Source: Octopus sinensis
Lineage: Eukaryota
Assembly (NCBI RefSeq): GCF_006345805.1
Contig: NC_043000.1
Location: forward strand, 32,674,001-32,738,000
Length of the DNA stretch: 64,000 nucleotides
Direction: 5' to 3'
Position 1 is the stretch's first letter. The number at the start of each line of letters is the position of its first letter. Positions 1 through 10,709 of the stretch are shown here, in pieces. The position numbers and the translations under genes are program-made. The notes under the pieces were generated by a model that had not been told where the DNA came from, did no database searches, and saw nothing but the letters and a program-made list of their open reading frames with translations.

Positions 1-1005
1 GCCATTAGTAAATATATAATTTGTATCATTTTAAAAAAACAACATTCTTTTATTTTTATTTGATGATCCAGAGAGAAAGGACAATGACCCTGGTCAGTTT
101 CAGGTCATTCTAGAGTAGGTGCATTTTCCTCTGGCAGCTTCAGGTAGGGTTTGAACTCATAACCTCTAGGACAGTAGTTTAGTACCCAAAACAATCAACC
201 TTTGCACCCAATGTGATTGCATGTTGTAATTAATTATTGTATATTCTTATTTGTATCCAGTGAAAATGATGGCTTTTAGCTTCTGGACTAACCATTCCTT
301 CAGCTTCACATGTAAAATACCAAATTGAATATTTATGGCAGGCCATGGCTAATGAAGATATAAAATTAATATATTATGTCCACATAATTGTCTATGAGAA
401 CCTTTTATATATTATTTCTGGGCTGAGGAATCTTGTGTAATTCGGGACCTTAATATTTTCAACTTCATTTTGAAGTGAAATCAGGAATAAAATAGAGTTG
501 TGTGAAGTGAGTCTGTAGCCATGTGGTTAAATGTGGCAATAGGACTCATGTAGTTTAAAGTGGTGAGCCATGTAGTTATGAAGTTCTCATTGAAGCCACA
601 TGGTCCTGAGTTCAATCCACTGTGGCACTTGAGTGTTTTCTGTTATAATTTCAGGCTCACATTCTCTTGTGAATGGGAATCACAGTTCAACGGAGATCAA
701 TGAGATATGAACTATAGGTGATCTGATTGATTGGTGTACTACTCATAGGGTTACCGTCAGTAAATGAATTACAGAAGAAATTATTAAAAACAAATATTGT
801 GAATGAACAAGTGTTTTAGTTTTGCAGGCGTTAGACCTTTGAATTTCTCTTGAAATATTTTGTCCTTTAACAAAGACAATGTTGCATCAAAGAAATATCT
901 GTTCAGTTTTTATGGATACATGAAAGGTCTTCATTTTACATTCACTCTCTCTCTCTCTGATATATATATAATAATAATAATAACAAAAATAATATATATA
1001 TATAT

Positions 1006-1110
1006 CGCCATGATAGATCACTAGCCACTACACATTCTTTATTTTCTCTCCTTGTTCCTTTCTGTGGAAGAGCATAGTCTACACCACCTGTCTTCGTCTT
1101 TTTTTATTTA
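1006..1110 (+). mobile_element. HHR-bearing short repeat family H1, internally deleted copy
   Basis: Starts gccatgatagatcactagccactacac and ends caccacctgtcttcgtc like the other H1 copies, but lacks the GCTCGAAAC half of the ribozyme. Confidence 0.7.
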
Positions 1111-1162
1111 TATTATTATATATTTAAACGCCACGCATCCTTTTCCAAGTAAGTTTTATCTA

Positions 1163-1196
<34 letters not shown>

Positions 1197-1317
1197 ATAA
1201 TAATTATTATTTTTCTGTCAAGCTGTATATAAAGACAATTTAACATGAAATTCAAAGAGTACTTAATACTTTTAAGTAGGACAAAGTGACTTTGAAGTTT
1301 CAGTTTGCCTGCCTCCG

Positions 1318-1595
1318 TCGATGGGTACTACTTGAAAACAGTGGTCCCGGTGCGCGCACTCGCGTAGTCGCACATCCGCACTAGCTAGTCGTGACTAGTC
1401 GATCCTACAACGACTACCCAGCAAAGTAAATAAAACACAAAATAAATAATTTTTTTTACACAAAGTAAATAATTTTTGTTAGACAAAGTAAATAACACAC
1501 AAAAACACGAAGTAAGGATCGACTAGTCGTGACTAGCTAGCGCAGATGCGCAAGTGCGCGCACCGGGACCACTGTTCGCTAGTAGTACCCATCGA
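1318..1595. mobile_element. Palindromic MITE-like element with ~85-bp terminal inverted repeats
   Basis: TCGATGGGTACTAC...CAGTGGTCCCGGTGCGCGCAC at the left end and GTGCGCGCACCGGGACCACTG...GTAGTACCCATCGA at the right. The AT-rich spacer has 3x caaagtaaataa. No clear TSD. Confidence 0.75.
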
Positions 1596-1840
1596 TGTAG
1601 ATAAACAGACATTTAATAAAGCGAAGCCAACAAAATGCTAGTTTTTTTTTAACTGAATAATTTTATTAGTGAGTGCGTAACCCATTGAATACCTGTGATC
1701 AGTTCCCTTGGTGTACTCTGGAGTTGTGTTAGTCCCGAAAAGCCATATCTCCCTCACCTGTGTTGTTCAAAGTTGTGTTTTTGTGTCACCTTCTCCTGAG
1801 ATGAGTTTTAATGCATGATGTAAACGATTGATGGTGTTTA

Positions 1841-2073
1841 AGGCGGCGAGCTGGCAGAAACATTAGCACGTCGGGCGAAATGCCTGGCGGTATTTCGTCT
1901 GCCGTTACGTTCCGAGTTCAAATTCTGCCGAGGTCGACTTTGCCTTTCATCCTTTTGGGGTCGATAAATTAAGTACTAGTTACGCACTGGGGTCGATCTA
2001 ATCGACTTAATCCATTTGTCTGTCCTTGTTTGTCCTCTCTGTGTTTAGCCCCTTGTGGGTAGTAAAGAAATAG
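1841..2073 (+). mobile_element. tRNA-derived SINE of MetaSINE type (tail A)
   Basis: A-box-like ggcggcgagctggcagaa, B-box-like gagttcaaattc, central gtcgactttgcctttcatccttttggggtcgataaattaagtac domain, tail ending gtgggtagtaaagaaatagg. About 10 copies in the window. Confidence 0.85.
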
Positions 2074-2158
2074 GTGTTGCAACACTAGAAATGTGCAACT
2101 AGTGAGTCTGCTAATCCATGTCAGGCCACAGAGTTAATGGATTCTGTTTATTTTTCAG

Positions 2159-2402
2159 ACTGAAGAAGATTTTGATGCTACAGAATTTTGTCTGCAGTAT
2201 GCGTCTGGTGTGATCAAGTCAAATGAGGATACGTGCGTCCCATTCCATAATGCCTATTTGGGTGCCAATTCGTTATGTTTAGTGAAACACTTACAAACTA
2301 ACCACCCTTATTCGTTTCGAACACGATGCCGCGCCGACCCCGACACAGCCTGGAGTGTGTGGAGTGTGCCAACTGTAGCTTCCACAACTTTGCCTCACTA
2401 CG
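2159..2402 (+). CDS. CRLF3: CRLF3-like gene, internal coding exon (fibronectin type III domain)
   Basis: Acceptor tttatttttcAG at 2157-2158 and donor GTCAGT at 2403. Translates TEEDFDATEFCLQYASG...YSFRTRCRADPDTAWSVWSVPTVASTTLPHY, matching the CRLF3 FN3 pattern (human DDDFTAQDYRLQF...YQFRVCARGDGRQEWSPWSVP...TLVPH, from memory). Phase 0 start, phase 1 end. Confidence 0.9.
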
Positions 2403-2546
2403 GTCAGTTATCTCCCTTTATCCATATTTTTTGTTACCACAAAATCCTTGTCAGAGGCAATCTTATATATCATTGTACTTGCGACCTTTGCATGAGATCA
2501 GTTAGATATTCAGACATACTATATATATATATATATATATATGTAT

Positions 2547-2734
2547 ATTACTTTTTATAATTATGAGTATAATTATAATTAGGGTTCAGCAAAAAAAATT
2601 TGCTTTGCCACATACCGAACTTGTAGAAATAGCTAAGTTCTTTGGCTGCTATTTCTAAACGTTCGGTATGTGGCAAAGCAAATTTCTTTTGCTGAACCCT
2701 AATTATAATTATACTAATAATTATAAAAAGTAAT
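2547..2734. repeat. ~190-bp palindrome (fold-back element)
   Basis: Arms ataattagggttcagcaaaa...ttgccacataccgaac / gttcggtatgtggcaaagcaaa...gctgaaccctaattat. Related to 8041-8236. Confidence 0.85.
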
Positions 2735-2842
2735 GTTTAAGTTTACCGTAAATGGTCCTTTTAACATGCTGAACACTACTTGGTAGAATTATTAATTACT
2801 AATGAATTAATTTTACCCTTTATTATTATTTATATATATATA

Positions 2843-2876
<34 letters not shown>

Positions 2877-3695
2877 CGTTGCTATTATGTAAAGCTGTCG
2901 TATGTCCAAATGCATTTTTCTCAATATTTATATTTGCTTGCAATAGTCGGTTCTTTTGGTCAAACCATCGTATCTCCAGCAGCTTCAGATGCCAAGATAT
3001 CAAAAATTGTCAAAGTGTAGTACAACGGTTTTGCTGAAAAAGCAACGTTTTGGACTTACAACACTTTTGCATTATAGCAACGATATATATATATATACGT
3101 GCCCACATATATATTATGTATGTTTTCATCACCCATATGCCATGAACCAATGTTGGTGTCTGTACATTGTCACTCAACCCCTGAAAATAGCTAAATCTCC
3201 CTGAATCAATGCTGTTGTTTGGATAATATTGTTCAGGGTAGACTTTTCCAGTAGAAAATATGGTATGGCCATAGTTGGAATGTCTTTTCATTATAAGCCT
3301 ATCTATGATAGTCGTTTTTTGCTTGTAGTGTTGCTTCGGTCACTTGTCCTAACTACAAATTGGTCATTCACTTCATGCTATCCAATAGACATGTCAAATA
3401 AGAGAATCCTTACCTGAAAAAAAAAACATGTAAGGGTTAGTGACTGGAAGAGCATCTAGCTGCAAAATAATGCTTCAATATCATATTTGTCTAACCCATG
3501 CAGGCATGGAAAAAGTGATGTAAAAACCAATGAAACCACAGTTATTCAAATGTTACAAATAATGCTGGGCTCTTGTAGTCCCCTTACATGGATGTTGTTT
3601 TAATAGTTTCAGAAGTTTTAGTGAGATTATCCATTGAGTATTTATTATAGAATTTTCCAGATAAACATTTGCAACAATATATTTCTGTGTGTATA

Positions 3696-4111
3696 GGCGA
3701 CGAGCTGGCTGACACGTTAGCGTGCCAGGCGAAATGCATAGCTGTACTTCGTCTGTCGTTACGTTCTGAGTTCAAATTCCGCCGAGGTCAACTTTGCCTT
3801 TCATCCTTTCGGGGTCGATAAATTAAGCACCAGTTACGTACTGGGGTCAATGTAATCGACTTAATCCCTTTGTCTGTCCTTGTATGTCCGCTCTATGTTT
3901 AGACCCTTGTGGGTAGTAAAGAAATAGGTATTTCGTCTGTCGTTAGGTTCTGAGTTCAAATTCCGCCGAGGTCGACTTTGCCTTTCATCCTTTCGGGGTC
4001 GATAAATAAAGTACCAGTTTCGCACTGGGGTCGATGTAATTGACTTAATCCCTTTGTCTGTCCTTGTTTGTCCCCTCTGTGTTTAGCTCCTTGTGGGCAA
4101 TAAAGAAATAT
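3696..4111 (+). mobile_element. MetaSINE-type SINE, head-to-tail dimer (184-bp period)
   Basis: A full copy is followed directly by a headless second unit. gtctg falls at 3751 and 3935. Ends ~24 nt before the CRLF3 exon acceptor. Confidence 0.85.
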
Positions 4112-4135
4112 ATATTTCTATGTGCATTTTTTCAG

Positions 4136-4378
4136 AGTGGAATGCTGATAACCCTGCTTACATGACAACTAACGAAAACCAGACGGCCACAAAATGTTGT
4201 GATGGAGACTCTGTTGTGCTTTACTCTTGTGGATGCTTGTACACTGCTTGTCAATCAATTACGTTCCGAGTGTTGGCGGCTGGGGATTCCTGTCCTGGCG
4301 ATGGAGTCGGATTGTCTATCAATAAATCGTTTTGTAATACATTAAGAAGACCTGGTGCTGCTTATGTTACAGTGGATG
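4136..4378 (+). CDS. CRLF3: CRLF3-like gene, penultimate coding exon (start of SPRY-like domain)
   Basis: Acceptor ttttttcAG at 4134-4135 and donor GTAAGT at 4379. Phase 1 join gives (E)WNADNPAYMTTNENQTATKCCDGDSVVLYSCGCLYTACQSITFRVLAAGDSCPGDGVGL...AAYVTVD(G), comparable to CRLF3 EWTAG...GVLYS...GQTLTFRVETVG...DSIGV...AVCISTNG. Confidence 0.9.
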
Positions 4379-4394
4379 GTAAGTTCTTGATGGT

Positions 4395-4868
4395 TGTTTA
4401 GCCAACCTATGATCAGAAACGTTCCAACCGTGACCATCATGTCTTTTCTTCCCAGGCATAGTGTATCAAAGATTACATTATACAATGTGTTCTTGCCTTT
4501 TTACGACAGTATATGTTGAGGATATTTGACTGCTATTTCTATTAAGATGGTCAGCCACAGAGAGGATCTGTTGATTTATCAGATTTACCATTCTAATTAA
4601 GGAACGAAATAACATCATTTCAATACACTTCAGTATTACTATCACCATGGAAACAATAAGGAAGTCTTTTGTTGAACATTGATCTAGAAATAGCAGCCAA
4701 ATCCCTTGCATACCACATCCTACAGTTTGGAAAAAAGAAGAAAAGGAAAGTCACATTGGATAATGTAGTCCTAGATGCATTATGCTTGGAAAAAGATGGA
4801 ATGGTCATGGCTGGAATGACTTAGCTCATAGATTGGTTTGATCAGGGCTGACCTGGGGTTGAACAACA
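4395..4868. repeat. Two inverted copies of the gaaatagcagccaaatc repeat family
   Basis: The minus copy (4395-4550, ending gactgctatttcta on +) and plus copy (4684-4868, starting ctagaaatagcagccaaatc) share the cctatgatc...ttcca.ccgtgaccat segment in opposite orientation. Confidence 0.6.
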
Positions 4869-5198
4869 TTACTATCTCCAGTATCATCATCATCATCATC
4901 ACAATGTTATTTTAATGTCAATAATTTAATAATTGTTTTTTTCTTAGATTTTAGTCTAAACTGTCAGAAAATTGTCAGATTCAGATGTGATGTTGTTTAA
5001 CAGTTTAAAGATAACGTTTTTAACAGTGTCAATCTGTGAGCAGAGTAAAGATGGTGCTAACAGGGAGGTCAGTTGGACTGTAAAGAAGCTCATTTAACAG
5101 TGTAAACAATGTCTGTAAAGAGTCTCAGAGGTAACATTGGACATTGTAAATGTGAAAATGCTCAACTGAGTGGAATGCAGTCACTGTTGCTGTTGTTG

Positions 5199-5255
<57 letters not shown>

Positions 5256-5359
5256 TATTATTATTATTATTATTCAAATAGTGAATAGATTTAGGTTAAG
5301 AGTTAAGTTCTGAGTTAAAAATCTGTCAAGATGAACTTTGCATTCCGTCATTGTGTTGT

Positions 5360-5560
5360 CATCATCATCGTTTAACGTCCGCTTTCCATGCTAGCATGGG
5401 TTGGACAATTTGACTGAAGACTGGCGAACCAGATGGCGGCACCAGGCTCCAATCTTGATCAGGCAGAGTTTCTACAGCTGGATGCCCTTCCTAATGCCAA
5501 CCACTCCAAGAGTGTAGTGGGGCTTTTACGTGCCACCAGCACGAAGGCCAGTCTGGCGGT
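5360..5560 (-). mobile_element. RTE-tail non-autonomous element, 3' part
   Basis: Reverse complement of ggagtggttggc.ttaggaagggcatccagctgtagaaac...ccaacccatgctagcatggaaagcggacgttaaacgatgatg with a (GAT)n tail. Confidence 0.75.
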
Positions 5561-5919
5561 ACGACCATATATTCTGATTGTTGGGGTGCATACCATGGTA
5601 TTACTGAAATGGATGTGACCCCAAAATACACCCATTTCAAGGTGAACCATTCTGAAACAAAAACAAAATACCAGTCTTGTACTGGGGCTGGTATTCTATC
5701 GTCTTCTACTACAGTTGCAGGGTGACCAAAGCTTTGGTGGTGGATTTGGAAGATGGAACCTGAAAGACGCCTTAGCATTCCTCTGCATCACTGTCCCTTT
5801 TCTCGGCTCCCATCGATTTCTCTTGCAGCCACTCTTTTCTGAATGTTTTCCGTCTTTGATTCGCTAGAAATCTTCCTATGTCTACTTACATGTGTATAAT
5901 CATCCGAACGTGGCCGTTG

Positions 5920-6195
5920 CCAGCGCCACTTCAAATGGCCTCCGTTCTGGTGGCACGTAAAAAGCACCAACCGATTGTGGCCGTTGCCATCCTCGCCTGG
6001 CACCTGTGCCGGTGGCACATAAAAAGCACCCACTACACACATGGAGTGGTTGGCGTTAGGAAGGGCATCCAGCTGTAGAAACACTGCCAGATCAGACTGG
6101 AGCCTGGTGCAGCCTTCTGGCTTCCCAGACCCTGGTTGAACCGTCCAACCCATGCTAGCATGGAAAATGGACATTAAATGATGATGATGATGATG
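5920..6195 (+). mobile_element. RTE-tail non-autonomous element
   Basis: 2x ggtggcac.taaaaagcacc internal repeat, GTTGGCGTTAGGAAGGGCATCCAGCTGTAGAAA motif, (GAT)n tail. Confidence 0.8.
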
Positions 6196-6632
6196 TATAT
6201 TTTATATATCAAGCGCAAGTGTGTTTATTTGCATTGCAATCTCTGTGTTTGTGTGTGTTTGTCTTGACACTTGTGTGGTAATTGTAAATGAGCGTCACTG
6301 TTATACATGCAGTGTTGTGCATTTCCTGCTAAAACATGTCTTGCCAAGGAAGAAAATAGGACCTTGCTGGGAAACCGGTGAAAGTTGATGATTGGAAGGG
6401 CATCCATCCAGTCATATTAATTCTGCCCCGACAAATCCCATTCGACCCCTGCAAATATGTAAAAGGGGATCTTAAAACAAAGAGGATGAGGGTGAATCCC
6501 TTTCAGAATATGTTTCCTTCTACTTAAATTAAAAATCGTTAATAAAATAATGTGTGGCACAATGGCTTGGTTTAATATTTATTTCTTCAGAGAACTGAAA
6601 GAAAATATATATTTTCCATATTTAATTAACAT

Positions 6633-6751
6633 AGGTGTAGGAGTGGCTGTGTGGTAAGTAGCTTGCTTACTTACCACTATAGCATCGGGCCGACCAAAGC
6701 TTTGAGAGTGGATTTGGTAGATGGAAACTAAAAGAAGTCCGTTGTATATAT

Positions 6752-6800
<49 letters not shown>

Positions 6801-7010
6801 AATGTTTAGTGTGTCTGTTTATCCCCCCAACATCACTTGACAACCGATGCTGGTGTGTTTACATCCCCGTAACTTTGCGGTTCTGCAAAAGAGACCGATA
6901 AAATAAATACTGAGCTTACAAAGAATAAGTCCTGGAGTCGATTTGCTCGACTAAAGGCGGTGCTCCAGCATGGCCACAGTCACATGACTGAAACAAGTAA
7001 AAGATTAAAA
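6633..7010 (+). mobile_element. tRNA-derived CORE-type SINE (ggagtggctgtgtggtaagtagcttgc family), internally deleted
   Basis: Same head and tail (taaaggcggtgctccagcatggcc.cagtc...gactgaaacaagtaaaag) as copies at 37732 and 55932, with an internal (TA)(TG) microsatellite. Confidence 0.85.
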
Positions 7011-7084
7011 GCTGTTTATAACTTTGCTTTTGGCGAATATATTTACAATTTTGAAAACCAGTTTGATCTTTCTTTATTTTGCAG

Positions 7085-7362
7085 GTGAGGTGTACGTAGA
7101 TGGACAGGAGATGAAAAATAAGCTTCCTTATTGGGGTAAAAGTTCCTCAGTGACCTTCGACACTGAGGTCCTGTCTAATGGGAAGGTCCGTGTAACCATT
7201 CAAGTGGAAGAGAAAGAAGTCACTTTTGACTGGAATGTTCCTCTCACTGAACCCTACCTACAGACCCTCAATGAACTGGACGAGAACTATTGTCGACCCA
7301 GGGACAAATTTTATTTTGCCATGGTTTTTGCAAATAGAGAGTGGATGGTTTGTGTAGAATAA
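7085..7362 (+). CDS. CRLF3: CRLF3-like gene, terminal coding exon
   Basis: Acceptor ttttgcAG at 7083-7084, stop TAA at 7360-7362. Translates (G)EVYVDGQEMKNKLPYWGKSSSVTFDTE...KVRVTIQVEEKEVTFDW...FYFAMVFANREWMVCVE*, comparable to CRLF3 GAVFVNGKEMTNQLP...TVTFDIE...LRVTI...REVVFDW...LYFGCSF...WKVLVF. The three exons total 765 nt and splice in frame (254 aa plus stop). The 5' exons lie upstream of the window. Confidence 0.92.
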
Positions 7363-8040
7363 CCTCTGCACCATGGTTCTGCGGTTAGCTTTGCAGTGTC
7401 TCTTTGCACTTATCATCAGAAACACACACACACACACACAATATGTCTACACATACACATATGTCTACACACACACACCACTGTAATATTTAGAAGCAGA
7501 AGATGGCAACAGGATAAGTGAAAATTTAAGGTAAGCTTCCAGACATGTGCACTTTTAAGTAAACCTCTTTAGCTACAATATGGCACTCAGTACCCCCCCA
7601 CCCCCCGCTACAACACAACACCAGACAATATTGCTCCCACAACAGAAATTACTGCACCACACAATACTCACCTTTAGCTGTACAAAGACATGTTTTGCAT
7701 TGCACCAGACTGTTCTTCATAGACTAATTGACCAGTTTCTTCCATTCTACTTGCCAGCCAGGAAACTATTATACAAGAAGTTTTATATACATATAAGTCC
7801 ATGTATACACACACACACACATTGCTGGATTTCGTTTTTCATGCAATTTCTAGTTTTTCATTAACCCACTATGAGAGAAGCAGAACTAAAGCTTGACATC
7901 TGAGGTTCATTTCTAACCAGCTCCAGTCTCTTGTATTTTTCAAGGTCAAGTATACAGCTGCTGCTGCTGCCACTTCATGGTGTTCCAGTGTTGTGTACAC
8001 ACACACATACACGCATAATATATATATATATATATATATA

Positions 8041-8236
8041 TTTATAATTATAACAATGCGGGTCTTTGCAACAAGTTGCTAGACATACCAAAAGTTTTAG
8101 AAATAGCAGCCAGAGGACTGCTATTTCCTTTTACTACTAAAAAGGAAATAGCAGTCCTCTGGCTGCTATTTCTAAAACTTTCGGTATGTAGTCTAGCAAC
8201 TTGTTGCAAAGACTCTCATTGTTATAATTATATAAA
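8041..8236. repeat. ~195-bp near-perfect palindrome
   Basis: ttataattataacaatg...gaaatagcagtcctctggctgctatttc...cattgttataattata, centred on ccttttactactaaaaagg. Confidence 0.85.
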
Positions 8237-8341
8237 CTTTTACCGAATATGGTCCTTTTCCATACCGAAATACTACGAGGTGAAATTTGTTGATTTTATT
8301 AAATTAATTATATTTCACCCTTTATCTATCTAACTATATAT

Positions 8342-8401
<60 letters not shown>

Positions 8402-10336
8402 TACATATATCTCAGTTCATCATTATTTGCTTCATTCACAACAATGGAAGAAACAAGATTTTCTGGATGCTTGTCAACCATTTCTTCTAATTTAACCAAA
8501 AATATTTTTGTTTTTATAAATTATTCCTCTGCTCACTTCTCTTGAGCATTTGTTGTGAACTTAGACGATTTTTTTTTTTTTATATTATCTTCTTGAGCTT
8601 TGTAACTTTTCACATTTCCTGCTTGATTACCGTTTCCACAGCCCAGGTTTTGTGGTAACTCAAGACATGGTGCCAAGTGGATACAGTTTGGTCTTTCCAC
8701 TCACAGATTTGTGTTTCTCTCCCTGTTTAAAGTGGTCTGGACCTTGAGAACATGGATGGGGAAACTGAATGGTTATCCATCAACTAACTGAAAGTTTATA
8801 TTATGTCAGTGGTCACCTAGACTTGAGTCTCGAATGGCTCAGTCCACCTGGCTGCTAGGAGGTAATCCTAGCTAGGAATAACATGCTGCTGGAAGCAGCA
8901 CTATCATCAAAGTGTCATTAACTTGCTGTGTCAAGTTTTAAGCTAGGTGAGGTTTATCTTAATTGGTTTAATATTGAACTGGAGGAAGTTTGATCCAGAG
9001 CTGGTCTATCCAGATTGGTTCAGTGTAAATAATGCTGATCATCCATGGATGGATTGTCTTAATTGAACAGCCTCAGTCAAATGAAATCAGGAATGCGCAA
9101 GAATATGTCAGGTCATAATTAGGTACCATGGAAAAGATGCAAGCATGGCTTGAATGGTTAAGAAGTGAACTTTACAACCATGAGGTGGTGGGTTCAATCG
9201 CATTGTATGCTGCTTCAGGTCTTTTTACCTTAGTCTTGTGATAACCCAGAATTTGATATTGAGAATTGGTAGACAGAAGCTGTGGAAGCTCATCATCTGG
9301 GTCGTACCAGTAATTCAGTGGGGCAGCTTTAATACATTGTGTCATTGATTCTGTCTGTCTGAAGATAACATTGAGTCCACTGGTCTGAGGAATACTCAGC
9401 TACCTATACATTAATTCAAGAGCAGGTAATTCAGTCGGTCAAATAGCTGGACAATTCCTTCTTGTGACTGATGGAAGATCTATCTCTATTAACTGAGCTA
9501 ACGAAGAATTAATGGTTTGTTAGTGCAGCAGTACTTGGAATAATTATCTTGCATTCCTGTTTCGAGTAATATAGCATCTCCATCTTTTGACAATGAGGCT
9601 GATCAGTCTAAAACCGTGGCACTAAGCCCACATATATTTGTATTAAATCTATGTGCCGAGCTTCTAACCATGCGATTGGAAGTTCAAATCTTTGAATAGC
9701 CATTAGGTTGCGCACTTGAGCGTGAAGCATATTTCTGCTGTCTCTGGCTCACTTGTCTCTAGTTTATCTCCAGATTAACTCTAGATTACATATCTGCAGA
9801 TTAGCTGAATGCCATGAGGCAGATTCCACTCCACCTCCATGGCTCAGTGGTTATACGAGGAAGAACAGCTGGCGCGATTGCTCCCAGAAACCATTTCAAG
9901 CGTGAATGCATGCGGAAATGAAACTCAAATGGCAGAGAGAGGAATGTAATTTCTGTCTTGTAATGTTGATGGAAAGTAACTTAAAGTGTTTAATTAGCGG
10001 ACAATAATTTGTGCTTTGGTGAGGCAGACAGGGATAAAGGCCAAACGATGTAAGAGACTTTGTTCTTTAATTATATAAATAATCAATTAATTGAGCAGAT
10101 TTGACTGTGTGATTGCTGCCACTGTTCTTCATCATCTCATTGGTTGCAGCGATGTTGCCTGGTACAGCAACCTCATCATCATCATCATCAACAACATCAA
10201 CAATGTCAGTAGTTTTCCTGTAGTATTAATCATATCATGTGTTTTAATTAATTTCAGTTTTTGCCGTTAACTGTTTTGGGCGCCATTTCAAAAATTGTTT
10301 TGTCTTGTCTTTTTTATTATTGTTTCATTTATTCAG

Positions 10337-10379
<43 letters not shown>

Positions 10380-10709
10380 CTCCCTAGTACCTTGAAAAAG
10401 ATGATTTCAGTTAACTTTTGAATTTTTATTTTTAATGAAATAAAATGAAAAATCAAATTAAAAAAATTTTTTGCTGACAAATTTTCCCAAGTGTTTGTGT
10501 TGTGTTTTTTTAATTGAATTCTTCATCTTTTACAAATTTCATTTCCATATGCAAACATAACAATGACAGCAGCGAGGCTGACCGAATTGTTAACGTCGCA
10601 GGCAGAATGCTTAGAGACATTTCATCTGTCTTTACATCCTCTGTTCAAATTCTGTTGAGGTTGGCCTTGTCTCTCATCATCGTGGAGTCAATGAGATAAG
10701 TTACCGGAT

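Noticed and set aside
60-900. Candidate upstream CRLF3 exons at ttcag/ttgcag sites
   Set aside because: No reading frame resembling the CRLF3 sequence preceding the FN3 exon. 530-700 is a decayed CORE-SINE.
1841-2073. SINE heads as tRNA genes
   Set aside because: A/B-box-like motifs only, with no complete cloverleaf. They continue into SINE bodies in many diverged copies.
5413-5440. CTGAAGA-CTGG-cgaa-CCAG hairpin
   Set aside because: Not followed by GAAA. It lies within the RTE-tail element on its antisense strand.
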